A DNA stretch of 64,000 nucleotides. It comes from Candidatus Cloacimonadales bacterium. Lineage in GTDB: Bacteria; Cloacimonadota; Cloacimonadia; Cloacimonadales; JAFGVF01. The notes below the pieces were generated by a model. The model was not told the origin of the DNA, did not search any database, and worked only from the letters and a program-made list of their open reading frames with translations. The position numbers were made by a program, and so were the translations under genes. This document shows, one piece after another, positions 47,258 to 61,984 of this stretch. The DNA is taken from contig OY762964.1 in the NCBI GenBank assembly GCA_963667035.1, positions 3,008,001-3,072,000 on the forward strand. Direction: 5' to 3'. Numbering within the stretch: the stretch's first letter is position 1; the number at the start of each line of letters is the position of its first letter.

Positions 47258-48898
47258 TTATTGATACAAATACCTCTTAATCTTTTGAGTCGGAGTCTTT
47301 TGGAATGGCTCTGTGACTAGCCTAAACTCAAGTATCTTTGAATATGCAGGCAATTGGGCGTTAACCTGCTTTCTGTCTTGCTCAATTAACTCAAGCATCT
47401 TTTCTTCTGTTAGCTTAAGCTTGTCAATCTCTTCCATATCTATATATATCATGGCAATTATTTTGCCACTTTTCTCAACGACGAGAGATTCTTGTATACA
47501 ACTCATATTGTTTATCATGAATTCAAGTTCCTCCGGATAGATATTTTCACCGGCAGGACCAAGAATCATTGACTTACTCCTACCTTTAATAAAAATAAAG
47601 TCCTCACTGTCTATGATTCCAATATCTCCTGACCTCATCCAACCATCTTTAGTGAAAACCGAATCAGATGCTTCTTTGTTTTTATAGTATCCCATCATAA
47701 CCTGTTCACCTTTGATAAGAATCTCGCCCGGAGTATTTGCCGGATCAGGTGAATCAATCTTTACATGTAAGAAATCTACTTCTCTACCAACACTGCCAAT
47801 CTTTCTTTCATACCACCTCTCATAAGATATTAAGGGAGCACATTCAGACATGCCATAGCCAATTGTAACAGGGAATCCTATTCTTCGTAAGAATATTTCC
47901 ACTTCATGATTCATTGGAGCTCCACCTACTATCATTTCATCAAGCTTACCCCCAAAGGTATCCATTAGCTTATCTTTTATTTTTCTATACACAAGCTTAT
48001 TAACCCCTGGTATGCTTAGCAACAGTTTCATCTTAGGCTCACTTAAAGTAGGTTTTAACTTCTTATGATAGATTTTTTCCAGAATTAGAGGAACTGCTTC
48101 TATAACATAGGGTTTTACTTCTGCTAATGCTCTTAACAGTAATTTAGGGGAAGGGATTTTAGACATAAAGTAAATGTGATTACATCTTATAAAGGGATAT
48201 AAAAAATCGAAGGATGCTCCATAGGCATGAGCACTTGGGAGGAATGCTAGGATAGAGTTTCCTTTAGGAAAAGCAAATTTGTCATTAGCATATATCATGT
48301 TAGCCATGATGTTATTGTAAGATAGCATTACACCTTTTGAAAATCCGGTTGTTCCTGAAGTATATAGTATTACCATGAGTTCTGAATTATCTGTTTGCTC
48401 AGGAAGTTCATAACTCTCAGGAGTTAAATCAGTAATGGAATCATTTAATTTGAGGAAAAACTTGGACTCTGCTCCCTTTTGAGAATATAGAATCTCTAGA
48501 GATTGTAAGGATATAACAATTTTAACACGAGGAAGAGCTTCTTCATTTAACTCATCGAAAATGTCATTATCTACGAATAGTATTTCACTATCCGAGTGAT
48601 TAATAATGTGTTGGATATCTTTACTATGAAAATTTGGAAGAATTGGAACTATTACTCTGTTGTTCAAAACAGCTCCAAGATATGTTAAAGCCCAATTTGA
48701 ACAGTTTTTTCCACAGACTGAGACTTTAGATCTCTCATCAATATTTAAAAATTGTAATAGTTTGCCCATCGCTATACTATATCTTGCGACATCTTTGTAA
48801 TAATATGTAGTTGAAAATCCGTAATCGGAAAAAACGGGCTCATTCCAATATTGGATAATAGTGCTGTGATAATAAGGGATGAATACTTCTTTAATCAT
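47258..48898 (-). CDS. fadD: Long-chain fatty acid--CoA ligase (AMP-binding)
   Basis: YTSGTTGFSKG, GYGMSE, MMGYYK, GWMRSGD, GENIYPEELE, KTPTQKIKR. Confidence 0.9.
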   Translation of the reverse strand: MIKEVFIPYYHSTIIQYWNEPVFSDYGFSTTYYYKDVARYSIAMGKLLQFLNIDERSKVSVCGKNCSNWALTYLGAVLNNRVIVPILPNFHSKDIQHIINHSDSEILFVDNDIFDELNEEALPRVKIVISLQSLEILYSQKGAESKFFLKLNDSITDLTPESYELPEQTDNSELMVILYTSGTTGFSKGVMLSYNNIMANMIYANDKFAFPKGNSILAFLPSAHAYGASFDFLYPFIRCNHIYFMSKIPSPKLLLRALAEVKPYVIEAVPLILEKIYHKKLKPTLSEPKMKLLLSIPGVNKLVYRKIKDKLMDTFGGKLDEMIVGGAPMNHEVEIFLRRIGFPVTIGYGMSECAPLISYERWYERKIGSVGREVDFLHVKIDSPDPANTPGEILIKGEQVMMGYYKNKEASDSVFTKDGWMRSGDIGIIDSEDFIFIKGRSKSMILGPAGENIYPEELEFMINNMSCIQESLVVEKSGKIIAMIYIDMEEIDKLKLTEEKMLELIEQDRKQVNAQLPAYSKILEFRLVTEPFQKTPTQKIKRYLYQ

Positions 48899-49240
48899 GA
48901 ATTAACCTCATTTTTATCATTCAATTAGACTTTTATAAATATATATTATCTCTGTCAAACTTTTAATGTTTTTTATGAATTTCAAGCTAATATTGTCCAA
49001 AAAATAGAGCGGCTTCTTCTTCTCAATGAATATACTGGATAAAGGTAAGATTGAATAACCTGTATTTCATGGAGATATATAAGTAAAAAAGTGGAATTGT
49101 GAAATTTAAAGAGACAAATATGCTTGGATTGCATGCAAACTATCAAGTTGCTACAAAATTATTTTGCGTTATATTTTAATGTAAAACAGTAAGTTAAAAG
49201 TGTGCATACATCTAATTAATCAGAATGCAACACTTTTTTA

Positions 49241-49268
49241 TTGACTCTAAAAGGGGTCTCATTAGGTT
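49241..49268 (+). promoter_or_regulatory. rrn promoter; boxA-like TGATCTTTAA near 49317
   Basis: TTGACT-N16-TAGGTT preceded by T-tract (UP-like). Confidence 0.55.
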
Positions 49269-49372
49269 GTCGAAACACTTGTGAAACGGATGCGGAAACG
49301 CGGAAGTTAGACAGGTTGATCTTTAAGAAGTCAGAAATAGTGAGTGAATAATAAGCCAACAAGTCAATTATG

Positions 49373-50918
<1,546 letters not shown>

Positions 50919-51021
50919 TAAAGGTGTATAAAGCGATGAATCTTTTAATCAGATTCCATTGCAATAATTAATGTTCGGTAAGTTGTTCACTCACTTTTAT
51001 AAATTTTAAGCAAAATATAGT

Positions 51022-51098
<77 letters not shown>

Positions 51099-51104
51099 GC
51101 ATTT

Positions 51105-51180
51105 GGGGGTTTAGCTCAGCTGGGAGAGCACCTGCTTTGCAAGCAGGCGGTCAACGGTTCGATCCCGTTAACCTCCACCA
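51105..51180 (+). tRNA. tRNA-Ala (TGC)
   Basis: GGGGGTTTAGCTCAGCTGGGAGAGC...TTTGCAA...GGTTCGATCCC...CTCCACCA; G3:U70. Confidence 0.97.
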
Positions 51181-51235
51181 TATTTTTAGATCTAACAAAG
51201 TGAAATACGTGGGATAGAGTGTATAGAGGATATTC

Positions 51236-54110
<2,875 letters not shown>

Positions 54111-54161
54111 AAACTTTATATACTCTATCCCAGCAAATATAGTCGCAAAGCAGCGGCTGAA

Positions 54162-54277
54162 GATGGTGGCAATTGCGGTGATGATACACCTGTACCCATT
54201 CCGAACACAGCAGTTAAGCTCACCAGCGTCGATGGTACTGCATTGGCAACGATGTGGGAGAGTAGATCGCCGCCATC
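54162..54277 (+). rRNA. rrf: 5S rRNA (ends approximate)
   Basis: CACCTGTACCCATTCCGAACACAGCAGTTAAG, GATGGTACTGC, GGGAGAGTAG. Confidence 0.96.
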
Positions 54278-54332
54278 TTCAGCCGCTGTTGACTTTTAAA
54301 GACAAAGTCAATGACATTTATTTTTTTATAAC

Positions 54333-54363
54333 AAAAAAGGGAACCGAAAAGGTTCCCTTTTTT
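54333..54363 (+). terminator. rrn terminator
   Basis: AAAAAAGGGAACC-gaaaa-GGTTCCCTTTTTT. Confidence 0.9.
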
Positions 54364-54454
54364 ACTTTTGAAAATAAAGCATAAAAAATAAGCTAGATAT
54401 TGACATATAAATAGGATTGTTCCTTATATGCCTAATTGTATTAGGAGGTATTTT

Positions 54455-55375
54455 ATGAAATTCAAGTTTATGATTTTGATTATGACTCTATTTATTGCCA
54501 TAGGATGTTCGTCAAACAGGAATGAACGTAAACAAATAGAGAAAGATAAGACATTTATGTGGGAAGTTACAGGGAAAAACAATAGCTTATACATTCTTGG
54601 TTCAATTCATCTCATGCCAGAAGAAGTATATCCTTTAAAGGAAGTCATCACAAACGCTTTTAGTCAATCTGATATTTTAGTTGTTGAAGCGGATCCAAGA
54701 AATGTAAATCAAGATGATGTACAGAAGATAATTATAGAATCAAGTATGTATACCGATGGTAAGACATTAAAAAGCGAGATATCAGATGAATTGTATACAT
54801 ATATCTCTGGGGAATTCAAAAAAGTGGGTCTTTCAATTGAACAGTTCAATATGTATAAACCATGGTACATTACTCTAACTCTAAGTGTATTAGAAATACA
54901 GAAAGCTGGAATGAGTCCTGAGCTTGGAATCGATATGTATTTCTTAAATCTAGCAAAAGAGAAGGACATTAAAATTGAAGAGCTTGAATCTGCATATGGG
55001 CAGATAGAATTGCTATCCACAATACCTGAAGAAGTTCAAAAAGAATATCTGGAATACTCAGTAGAAAATTATGAGAATACTGAAGATATTCTTAGAATTA
55101 TGGTAGATTCATGGAAGACTGGAGACGTTGAAGCTATGTATGATGCTACAAAAGGTAAACTGAGAGAACAAGCAGAAAGAAGTGAGAATGTGAAAACTTT
55201 CTATAATTTACTATTTGCAAACAGAGATAAAGAAATGGTCGAGAAGCTTGAAAATATGCTAAAGAGTAATGATGGGAAGAAAAGGTTTGTCGTTGTTGGT
55301 GCCGGACATTTAATTGGAGAGGATGGAATAATAAATCGTTTAAGAACTAGAGGTTATAAAGTAACACAGAAGTAG
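54455..55375 (+). CDS. TraB/GumN (TIKI) family lipoprotein
   Basis: IAIGC lipobox; YILGSIH, KPW, GIDMYF, ELES..Q, NRD, VVGAGHL; ATG 54455 after AGGAGG. Confidence 0.9.
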   Translation: MKFKFMILIMTLFIAIGCSSNRNERKQIEKDKTFMWEVTGKNNSLYILGSIHLMPEEVYPLKEVITNAFSQSDILVVEADPRNVNQDDVQKIIIESSMYTDGKTLKSEISDELYTYISGEFKKVGLSIEQFNMYKPWYITLTLSVLEIQKAGMSPELGIDMYFLNLAKEKDIKIEELESAYGQIELLSTIPEEVQKEYLEYSVENYENTEDILRIMVDSWKTGDVEAMYDATKGKLREQAERSENVKTFYNLLFANRDKEMVEKLENMLKSNDGKKRFVVVGAGHLIGEDGIINRLRTRGYKVTQK

Positions 55376-55581
55376 AAAAGGAAATTGATTTAATCTGAAA
55401 TTACGAGGTTAAAGACCTATAGTAAATATGGGACAATCAGACATAATACTCACTCCATTTATTTAAGTAACTTTTGTGTTCTGATAAAGATTCTTTTCCA
55501 CTAAAAGTTTTCTATCAAATCGACTTGACATCATATACATAAGATAAAAACGCTCATGCATGAATTGTAATGAGGAGTTAA

Positions 55582-56478
55582 ATGAAAAAGAGCTTTATTG
55601 TATATAGTCTTGTGCTGATTTCAATGCTTTGCTGGAGTATGACATTCATTATTTATAAGGTTGCTTACAAATATTATCAACCTTTTACTTTAGTATTCTT
55701 ACGTTTACTGATTGCAACCTTGTTTTTAGAAATAGTAGCAATTTTTAGAAAGCGAGAAAAAATAGCAAAGCAAGACCGAAAAGCATTTTTCTTACTTGCA
55801 TTATTTGAACCTTTTTTGTATTTTATGGGTGAAAGTCTTGGGCTACAGTATGTGTCTGCTACTGTAGGAGCAATAATGATTGCAATAATACCATTAATAA
55901 CGCCTTTCTTTAGTTGGATAGTACTGAAAGAAAAAGTGACACTGTTAGGTTATATAGGTGCTTTAGTATCATTTATCGGTGTCTACATGACAATTTCAGG
56001 AGACAGTACTTCCGGAACATATATGAAGGGAATACTCTTTATGCTATTAGCTGTGGGATCCGGATTATGTTACGGATTATTGGTAAAACCTCTTACTCAT
56101 AAATATAATGCGACAACTATAGTAAGAATGCAAAGTACAATAGGTATGTTGTTGTTCTTACCTTTTTTTCTAATCAAAGAATGGAAGCATTTCATAACAG
56201 TTGCTCCCAATACCGAGTTAGTAGTATCAGTTCTATCTATGGGTATAATTGCATCTGTTTTTGCGTACATGCTATATACAATAGCTATTAAACATATCGG
56301 ATTAAATAATGCTTCATATTTTGCTAATCTTATACCTGCCTTTACAGCTGTTGCATCATTCTTTATATTGAAAGAACACTTTAGTTTTACTAAAATAACC
56401 GGAGTAATTCTTGTAGTTCTAGGTCTATTTGCAACGCAGATATTCGATTATAGAGACAAACGTAAGGTTAAAGCATAA
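55582..56478 (+). CDS. DMT/EamA family transporter
   Basis: About 10 TM, two repeats ending LKEK / LKEH; FLRLLIA. Confidence 0.9.
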   Translation: MKKSFIVYSLVLISMLCWSMTFIIYKVAYKYYQPFTLVFLRLLIATLFLEIVAIFRKREKIAKQDRKAFFLLALFEPFLYFMGESLGLQYVSATVGAIMIAIIPLITPFFSWIVLKEKVTLLGYIGALVSFIGVYMTISGDSTSGTYMKGILFMLLAVGSGLCYGLLVKPLTHKYNATTIVRMQSTIGMLLFLPFFLIKEWKHFITVAPNTELVVSVLSMGIIASVFAYMLYTIAIKHIGLNNASYFANLIPAFTAVASFFILKEHFSFTKITGVILVVLGLFATQIFDYRDKRKVKA

Positions 56479-56537
56479 TAAAATACTTTACAATTAAAAA
56501 TCAGATTCAATAGTATAAAAAACTCCGGAGGGGGTAC

Positions 56538-57494
56538 ATGTTTCTAAAGAATTTGATATATGCTATTCTAATAATTGTCCTTGTTACAATACTTTTAACC
56601 CAAGTTCATCAATTGGGCTATATTGCCGGAGCTATGATTCAACAGAAAGATATAAGAATCCCTTCAACGCTTTCCACTCCGGATGAATTTGAGAATTGGG
56701 ATACATTATCTGATTTTGAAAAGATAGTAGTCTATTTCAGCGGATACATACTAATAATGATTGTTTGGTTTATAATGGTAGTATTACTCCCATATTCAGC
56801 CAATGCTTTAATAATCTGGAGTAGAATATGGAGTTCAATAATAATTTTACTCTATCAGCTATGTGCAATAATAGGTATAGCATCTATATATTTCTCCGAA
56901 AATATACAAGAAAGGATAGGGTTTGCTAATCTTAATTATGACAAAGAGCCGATTTATGTAATTCTGATAGTGTTAACTTTGTTATTTATTACAATAATTG
57001 CCATAGTTAGAAAACATATATTTTCAAATTTGCTAAATACATTTATAAACAATGAATTGATTTTGTATAAAGAATTTAACATTATTGGTAGTTTTCTTGT
57101 CAGTATTCTCGCTTTATCAATTGCTCTAACATCTTTTAGAATTACTCCTCCTGATATATTTAGCTTAGAGTTTGTCACAAATAGAAAGTTTGAGAAGATT
57201 TACAATATCGAGAATGATAATCTTGAAGAGGATATTTATAGTTTTACTCTTGATAAAGATCAGCGTGTAGTAATCAATCTGTTATTAGAACATATAGATT
57301 CTCAATATCTTGCATTAGAAATCCGTAGTGATTCATTTGAACACACAATCTTAAATGAGGATAATATTAAAATAGATGAAAGAACAATAGAAGCAGAATT
57401 AAAATTAGGGACAGGAACATATTACATAAACCTTACAAATTTCAATAATATAATTAATGAATCAAGGATAACGCTTTCTCTAAATATTTATTGA
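56538..57494 (+). CDS. Hypothetical membrane protein with C-terminal PPC-like beta domain
   Basis: About 5 TM, then DIYSFTL...GTYYINL; GGAGG RBS; very AT-rich. Confidence 0.6.
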   Translation: MFLKNLIYAILIIVLVTILLTQVHQLGYIAGAMIQQKDIRIPSTLSTPDEFENWDTLSDFEKIVVYFSGYILIMIVWFIMVVLLPYSANALIIWSRIWSSIIILLYQLCAIIGIASIYFSENIQERIGFANLNYDKEPIYVILIVLTLLFITIIAIVRKHIFSNLLNTFINNELILYKEFNIIGSFLVSILALSIALTSFRITPPDIFSLEFVTNRKFEKIYNIENDNLEEDIYSFTLDKDQRVVINLLLEHIDSQYLALEIRSDSFEHTILNEDNIKIDERTIEAELKLGTGTYYINLTNFNNIINESRITLSLNIY

Positions 57495-57555
57495 CCTGAC
57501 CATTTATTGAGAAAAATTGGATATACTAGAACCGCCTATAATCGGAGTACAATTG

Positions 57556-58542
57556 ATGCAAAAGATATGTTTACTATTACTGGCAGGATTAGTTTGCCTG
57601 CAAGTATTGGCTCAAGAAATTATAAATGTTAGAACCGAAGTTGATGATGGAAGAGTTATTATTACTTATGACTTGATAGGAGAAGATAAAATAAATGTTT
57701 TAGTTAAAGCATCTAAGCATGGAGAGACTATTCTTCCGTCTGCAATAGCCGGGGATATCATTGAAGTATTGCCTGGACAGGAAAAGCAAATCTGGTGGGA
57801 GCCTTATCTTGAACAGTACACTGCTAATGAATGGACAATCGAACTTTCTATCTGGAGTGGTGAGTATATATATGTGCAAGGTGGTTTGATCAATTTTGAG
57901 GATAATAGTCAGGTAGAGATTAAGGGTATATATGTTGGAAAATATGAAGTCAGTCAGAAGGAATGGCTGGAAGTAATGGCAAATAGACCTTCCAGGTTTT
58001 CAGGAGAAGATAAACCAGTTGAGAGCATACGTTGGGATCAAGCGATTGAATTCTGTAATAAGAAGAGCATTAATGATGGATTTACTCCATGCTACACTAT
58101 CACTGCTGATTCAGTTGAATGTAACTTTGAGGCTGATGGCTATAGATTACCCTATGAAGCAGAATGGGAATATTGTGCTTCAGGAGGTATTCTTTCAAAA
58201 GAGTATACATATAGCGGTAGTAAAGATGTTGATGAAGTTGCGTGGTACGATGAGACTTCAAACCATGAGACAGAGCTACGAGGTCAGCTTACACCTAATG
58301 AGCTAGGAATATATGATATGAGTGGAAACGTAAAAGAATGGTGTTGGGATAATTACATGGGAGATAAATACAAACCTTATTACGGAGAAAGAGTTAGTGC
58401 TGTTAATGCTAAGAAGGTTATCAAAGGTGGCAGTTGGTTTGAGACCTATAAGAAGAGTAGAATTGATGCCAGAAGTGGAGAGCATGGTGATGTTAGAGAT
58501 TTTAGAATTGGTTTCAGACTATTCAGGACAGCAGTAAAGTAG
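57556..58542 (+). CDS. Secreted SUMF1/FGE-sulfatase domain protein
   Basis: GKYEVSQ, PVE.I.W, YRLPYEAEWEY, PNELGIYDMSGNVKEWC, GGSW, IGFRL; ATG 57556. Confidence 0.9.
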   Translation: MQKICLLLLAGLVCLQVLAQEIINVRTEVDDGRVIITYDLIGEDKINVLVKASKHGETILPSAIAGDIIEVLPGQEKQIWWEPYLEQYTANEWTIELSIWSGEYIYVQGGLINFEDNSQVEIKGIYVGKYEVSQKEWLEVMANRPSRFSGEDKPVESIRWDQAIEFCNKKSINDGFTPCYTITADSVECNFEADGYRLPYEAEWEYCASGGILSKEYTYSGSKDVDEVAWYDETSNHETELRGQLTPNELGIYDMSGNVKEWCWDNYMGDKYKPYYGERVSAVNAKKVIKGGSWFETYKKSRIDARSGEHGDVRDFRIGFRLFRTAVK

Positions 58543-58548
58543 GTTTAT

Positions 58549-60045
58549 ATGAAGAAGATAACATTTATCCTTTGCCTTTGTTTTATTTCAAGTTTGTTTG
58601 CTTTTACTACTATAGAAAAAATCGATATGCTGAATAAGCTTAAAGAGCATAAATTTTCGGCGGAGAATTTAGAGACCGAATGGAAAGAGAGATTAGCTAA
58701 TCAGCGTAAAGATATTCAATATTCAGGACATGGTCGAACTCATTCGTTACTTGATATCAGATTCAGCGATATAGATGATTTTTCCAAAGCACTTGAGAAA
58801 GAGTATACAACTCAGATAAACTATTCAAGGGCATGCTTTGATTATAGAATGGCTAACATTGAGCTTGAACTGGAACAGGAGAAACTGAATAGTCGTGAAG
58901 AATTAAAACTTAACTTCACGAAATTGCATTATTATGAAGAAGAAAGCATGCTAGCTATTAACATACAAGGTTTTGAGAATACTTTTGCTACCAAGGGTGA
59001 CATATATATTAATGCGTATATAAACGAATATCCTGATACATGTTTTGTTAAGGTGACTAAGGAATATCAAGGTTATGCTAATTGGGATTACTTTAATTGG
59101 AGATTAGTTTTAGGACAGATGGAGTATCCATTCTCATCGCAAAGAATCGTTAGAAAAGATGCTGAAACTGATGAGATACTTGAAAGCCCATTTGAGAAAG
59201 AGGTCTGGGAGTATGAGAAAGTTGAGTATGACACAACAGGCTTCACAAAGGAGTTTAGTGTTGCTGATAGTCTTCTTGCTTTAGAGGGTCAAAAGAAACT
59301 TGCAATAGTAATTGGTTTATCTGAATACAACTATTTACAATCGTATAAGTATGCTGATAAAGATGCCGAAAAGGTTAGAGATAAACTTAAGAAGCTATTA
59401 CTGATACCTGATAATAATATATATTATGCTACCAATAAAGATTTTAAAGGATTTGTGGATTTGTTTAAACCTTATGGTTGGATAGCCGATAAAACAGAAA
59501 GGGATACTCTTGATTTATATTTCTACTATGCGGGTAATGGAGTAAGTGCTAATGGTCAGGCGGCTTTATTAGAGCCTAACTACAATTTTCATTTACTTGA
59601 TATGGGAATCACGATTGTAGACTCGCTTATATCTGATTTATCTAATTATAATCTCGGTAGTATAACAATGTTTCTGGAAACCAATTTTGTTTCTTTGAAT
59701 AACGAAAGCATTTTTATTACCAATAATCTTGATTCACTACCTCCGGCAGTAGAATTATCAACAATTCCTGATAATGTGAGCATTTTCTACGGAGCTAACA
59801 CTAGAGGAAAATCATATATCCTAGAAGATTATAAGCAAAATCTTTTTACCCGGGCATTTTTGGAGAGTTTGCAGGCTAGAACAGATAGGAACAGAGATAA
59901 ATATGTATCTCTAAATGAGATGGAAGCAAAGATATCAGAGCTTTGCGGAAAGTATAGTAAAGAGCTGGGACTGACTCAGAATCCTCGACTACAAACCAAG
60001 AATGGGAATAGAGTTTTTTTCAGACTTGACAATCCGTATAAATAA
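58549..60045 (+). CDS. Secreted caspase-like (peptidase C14) domain protein, catalytic dyad apparently lost
   Basis: LAIVIGLSEY..YADKDA, YFYYAGNG, MFLETNF, LFTRAFLESL, DRNRDKYVSLNE, QNP. Confidence 0.75.
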   Translation: MKKITFILCLCFISSLFAFTTIEKIDMLNKLKEHKFSAENLETEWKERLANQRKDIQYSGHGRTHSLLDIRFSDIDDFSKALEKEYTTQINYSRACFDYRMANIELELEQEKLNSREELKLNFTKLHYYEEESMLAINIQGFENTFATKGDIYINAYINEYPDTCFVKVTKEYQGYANWDYFNWRLVLGQMEYPFSSQRIVRKDAETDEILESPFEKEVWEYEKVEYDTTGFTKEFSVADSLLALEGQKKLAIVIGLSEYNYLQSYKYADKDAEKVRDKLKKLLLIPDNNIYYATNKDFKGFVDLFKPYGWIADKTERDTLDLYFYYAGNGVSANGQAALLEPNYNFHLLDMGITIVDSLISDLSNYNLGSITMFLETNFVSLNNESIFITNNLDSLPPAVELSTIPDNVSIFYGANTRGKSYILEDYKQNLFTRAFLESLQARTDRNRDKYVSLNEMEAKISELCGKYSKELGLTQNPRLQTKNGNRVFFRLDNPYK

Positions 60046-60097
60046 AATCTGTAAACTCAACACAAATAGTTAAATAATTATAAATATAGAGGTAACA

Positions 60098-61984
60098 ATG
60101 AAGAAGCTAACCCGGGAAGAACTTACACAGATCGCTGAACAAGCTAGAATTGCCAGAGGTGAAATTATTAAGATGACCACATTGGCCAAATCCGGTCATC
60201 CCGGTGGTTCTATGTCCACTATTGATGCAATGATGGTTTTATACAAGATGATTAACATCTCTCCTGAAAATTATTTAGCAGAAGATAGAGACAGAGTTAT
60301 TGTCAGTAACGGACACATCTCTCCGGCAGTGTATTCTACACTTGCACTTAACAAATTCTTTGATTTAAAGAAAGCTGTTTCTCAATTCAGATTATGTGGC
60401 TCAATATTCGAAGGTCATATAGAAAGAGACGTACCCGGAGTGGAATGGGGAACCGGAAATCTTGGACAAGGACTTTCAACTGCGGTTGGGTTTGCTTTGG
60501 CTAATAAAGTTAAAGGTATTGATAGTAATATTTATGTTTTCATGGGTGATGGAGAACAACAGAAAGGTCAAATAGGAGAAGCACGCAAGGCGGCTATAAA
60601 ATTCGGTCTTTCAAATATTACAGTTGTTATTGATTATAATAAGCTACAGATTAGTGGTGATATTGATTCCGTTATGCCTAATCGAATTAGTGATAATTTC
60701 ATTTCGGATGGATGGGAAGTAATAGAAATAGACGGTCATAACTATGAAGATATCCAATATGCCTATGAACAAGCTAATAAGAGTGAGCTACCTGTTATGA
60801 TATTAGCCGGAACAATCATGGGTAAAGATGTTTATTTCATGGAAAATTTAGAGAAGTACCACGGTTCTCCACTAAGTGAAGAGCAATTAGCTTCTGCTTT
60901 AGAGGAACTGGGACTGGAGAATAATCTTGATGAGTTAAAAGCAATGAGAGCAAGTTTCATCAAAGAGGAAGATATAGATGACAAGTTTAAATACTCTTTT
61001 GATTTAGATTCAGGAAAACCTATTGTTTATACTGATAAAACAGATAATCGTTCCGCTTGGGGTAAGGCACTTGCAGAGCTTGCAGAGAATAACAAGAATA
61101 AACCTCTTGCTGTATTCGATTGTGATTTAGCCGGTAGTGTTAAAACCAACGGTTTTGCCAAAGTAGTCCCGGAGAAGTTCTTCCAGATGGGAATTATGGA
61201 ACATAATACTGCAGTTATTGCTGGTGCCGTATCTTCTTGTGGAATTCAGACTTTCTGGTCTGATTTCGGTGTCTTTGGAGTGGATGAAGTAATTAATATG
61301 CATCGTCTCACAGACATAAATCACGGGAATTTGAAGGTTGTAACTACTCATGTTGGTCTTGACGTGGGTGAAGACGGGAAAACTCATCAGTGTATTGATT
61401 ATGTTGGTTTAACAAGGAATTTGTTCCACTTTGGTATTATTATTCCGGCAGATCCGAATCAGACTGATAGAGCTACCAGATGGATGGCAAAGCAATCGGG
61501 TAATTACCTAATGGCAATGGGGCGCTCTAAACTTGATATTTTAAAAGATAATGACGGCAACATTATTTATGGTGAAAACTATGAATTTGAATATGGGAAA
61601 GCCGATAAACTAAGAGATGGTGATGTTGCTGCTATTCTAGTAATGGGTACGGTAACTGAGAAGGCTGTTAAAGTAGCCGATGAGCTTGCAGAGAAGGGAG
61701 TCAATATTCAGGTTTGGAATGTTTCAACACCAACAGACATTGATAAAGAAGCTCTTAAGATTGCAGCAAAAACCGGAACTATTTTTACTTATGAAGATCA
61801 TAATGTAAATACAGGACTTGGATCTTTGGTTGCTTCCGAACTGTTCAAACTTGGTTTAAACTGTAAACTTAAGTGCTTCGGTGTAGAAGATTATGCAGTT
61901 TCAGGAGCAAGCCCGGATGTATTCAAACATTGTGGATTAGATTCCGAGTCAGTTAAGAAGAGGATTGAGGAATACCTTGCATAA
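60098..61984 (+). CDS. tkt: Transketolase (single chain)
   Basis: SGHPGGS, SNGH, GNLGQGLS, GDGEQQKG, DYNKLQ, GIMEH, GEDGKTHQ, EDH. Confidence 0.92.
   Translation: MKKLTREELTQIAEQARIARGEIIKMTTLAKSGHPGGSMSTIDAMMVLYKMINISPENYLAEDRDRVIVSNGHISPAVYSTLALNKFFDLKKAVSQFRLCGSIFEGHIERDVPGVEWGTGNLGQGLSTAVGFALANKVKGIDSNIYVFMGDGEQQKGQIGEARKAAIKFGLSNITVVIDYNKLQISGDIDSVMPNRISDNFISDGWEVIEIDGHNYEDIQYAYEQANKSELPVMILAGTIMGKDVYFMENLEKYHGSPLSEEQLASALEELGLENNLDELKAMRASFIKEEDIDDKFKYSFDLDSGKPIVYTDKTDNRSAWGKALAELAENNKNKPLAVFDCDLAGSVKTNGFAKVVPEKFFQMGIMEHNTAVIAGAVSSCGIQTFWSDFGVFGVDEVINMHRLTDINHGNLKVVTTHVGLDVGEDGKTHQCIDYVGLTRNLFHFGIIIPADPNQTDRATRWMAKQSGNYLMAMGRSKLDILKDNDGNIIYGENYEFEYGKADKLRDGDVAAILVMGTVTEKAVKVADELAEKGVNIQVWNVSTPTDIDKEALKIAAKTGTIFTYEDHNVNTGLGSLVASELFKLGLNCKLKCFGVEDYAVSGASPDVFKHCGLDSESVKKRIEEYLA

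Noticed and set aside
1664..47540. Numerous 60-170 aa antisense or alternate-frame ORFs inside long genes
   Set aside because: Fully overlap well-supported CDS and show no motifs
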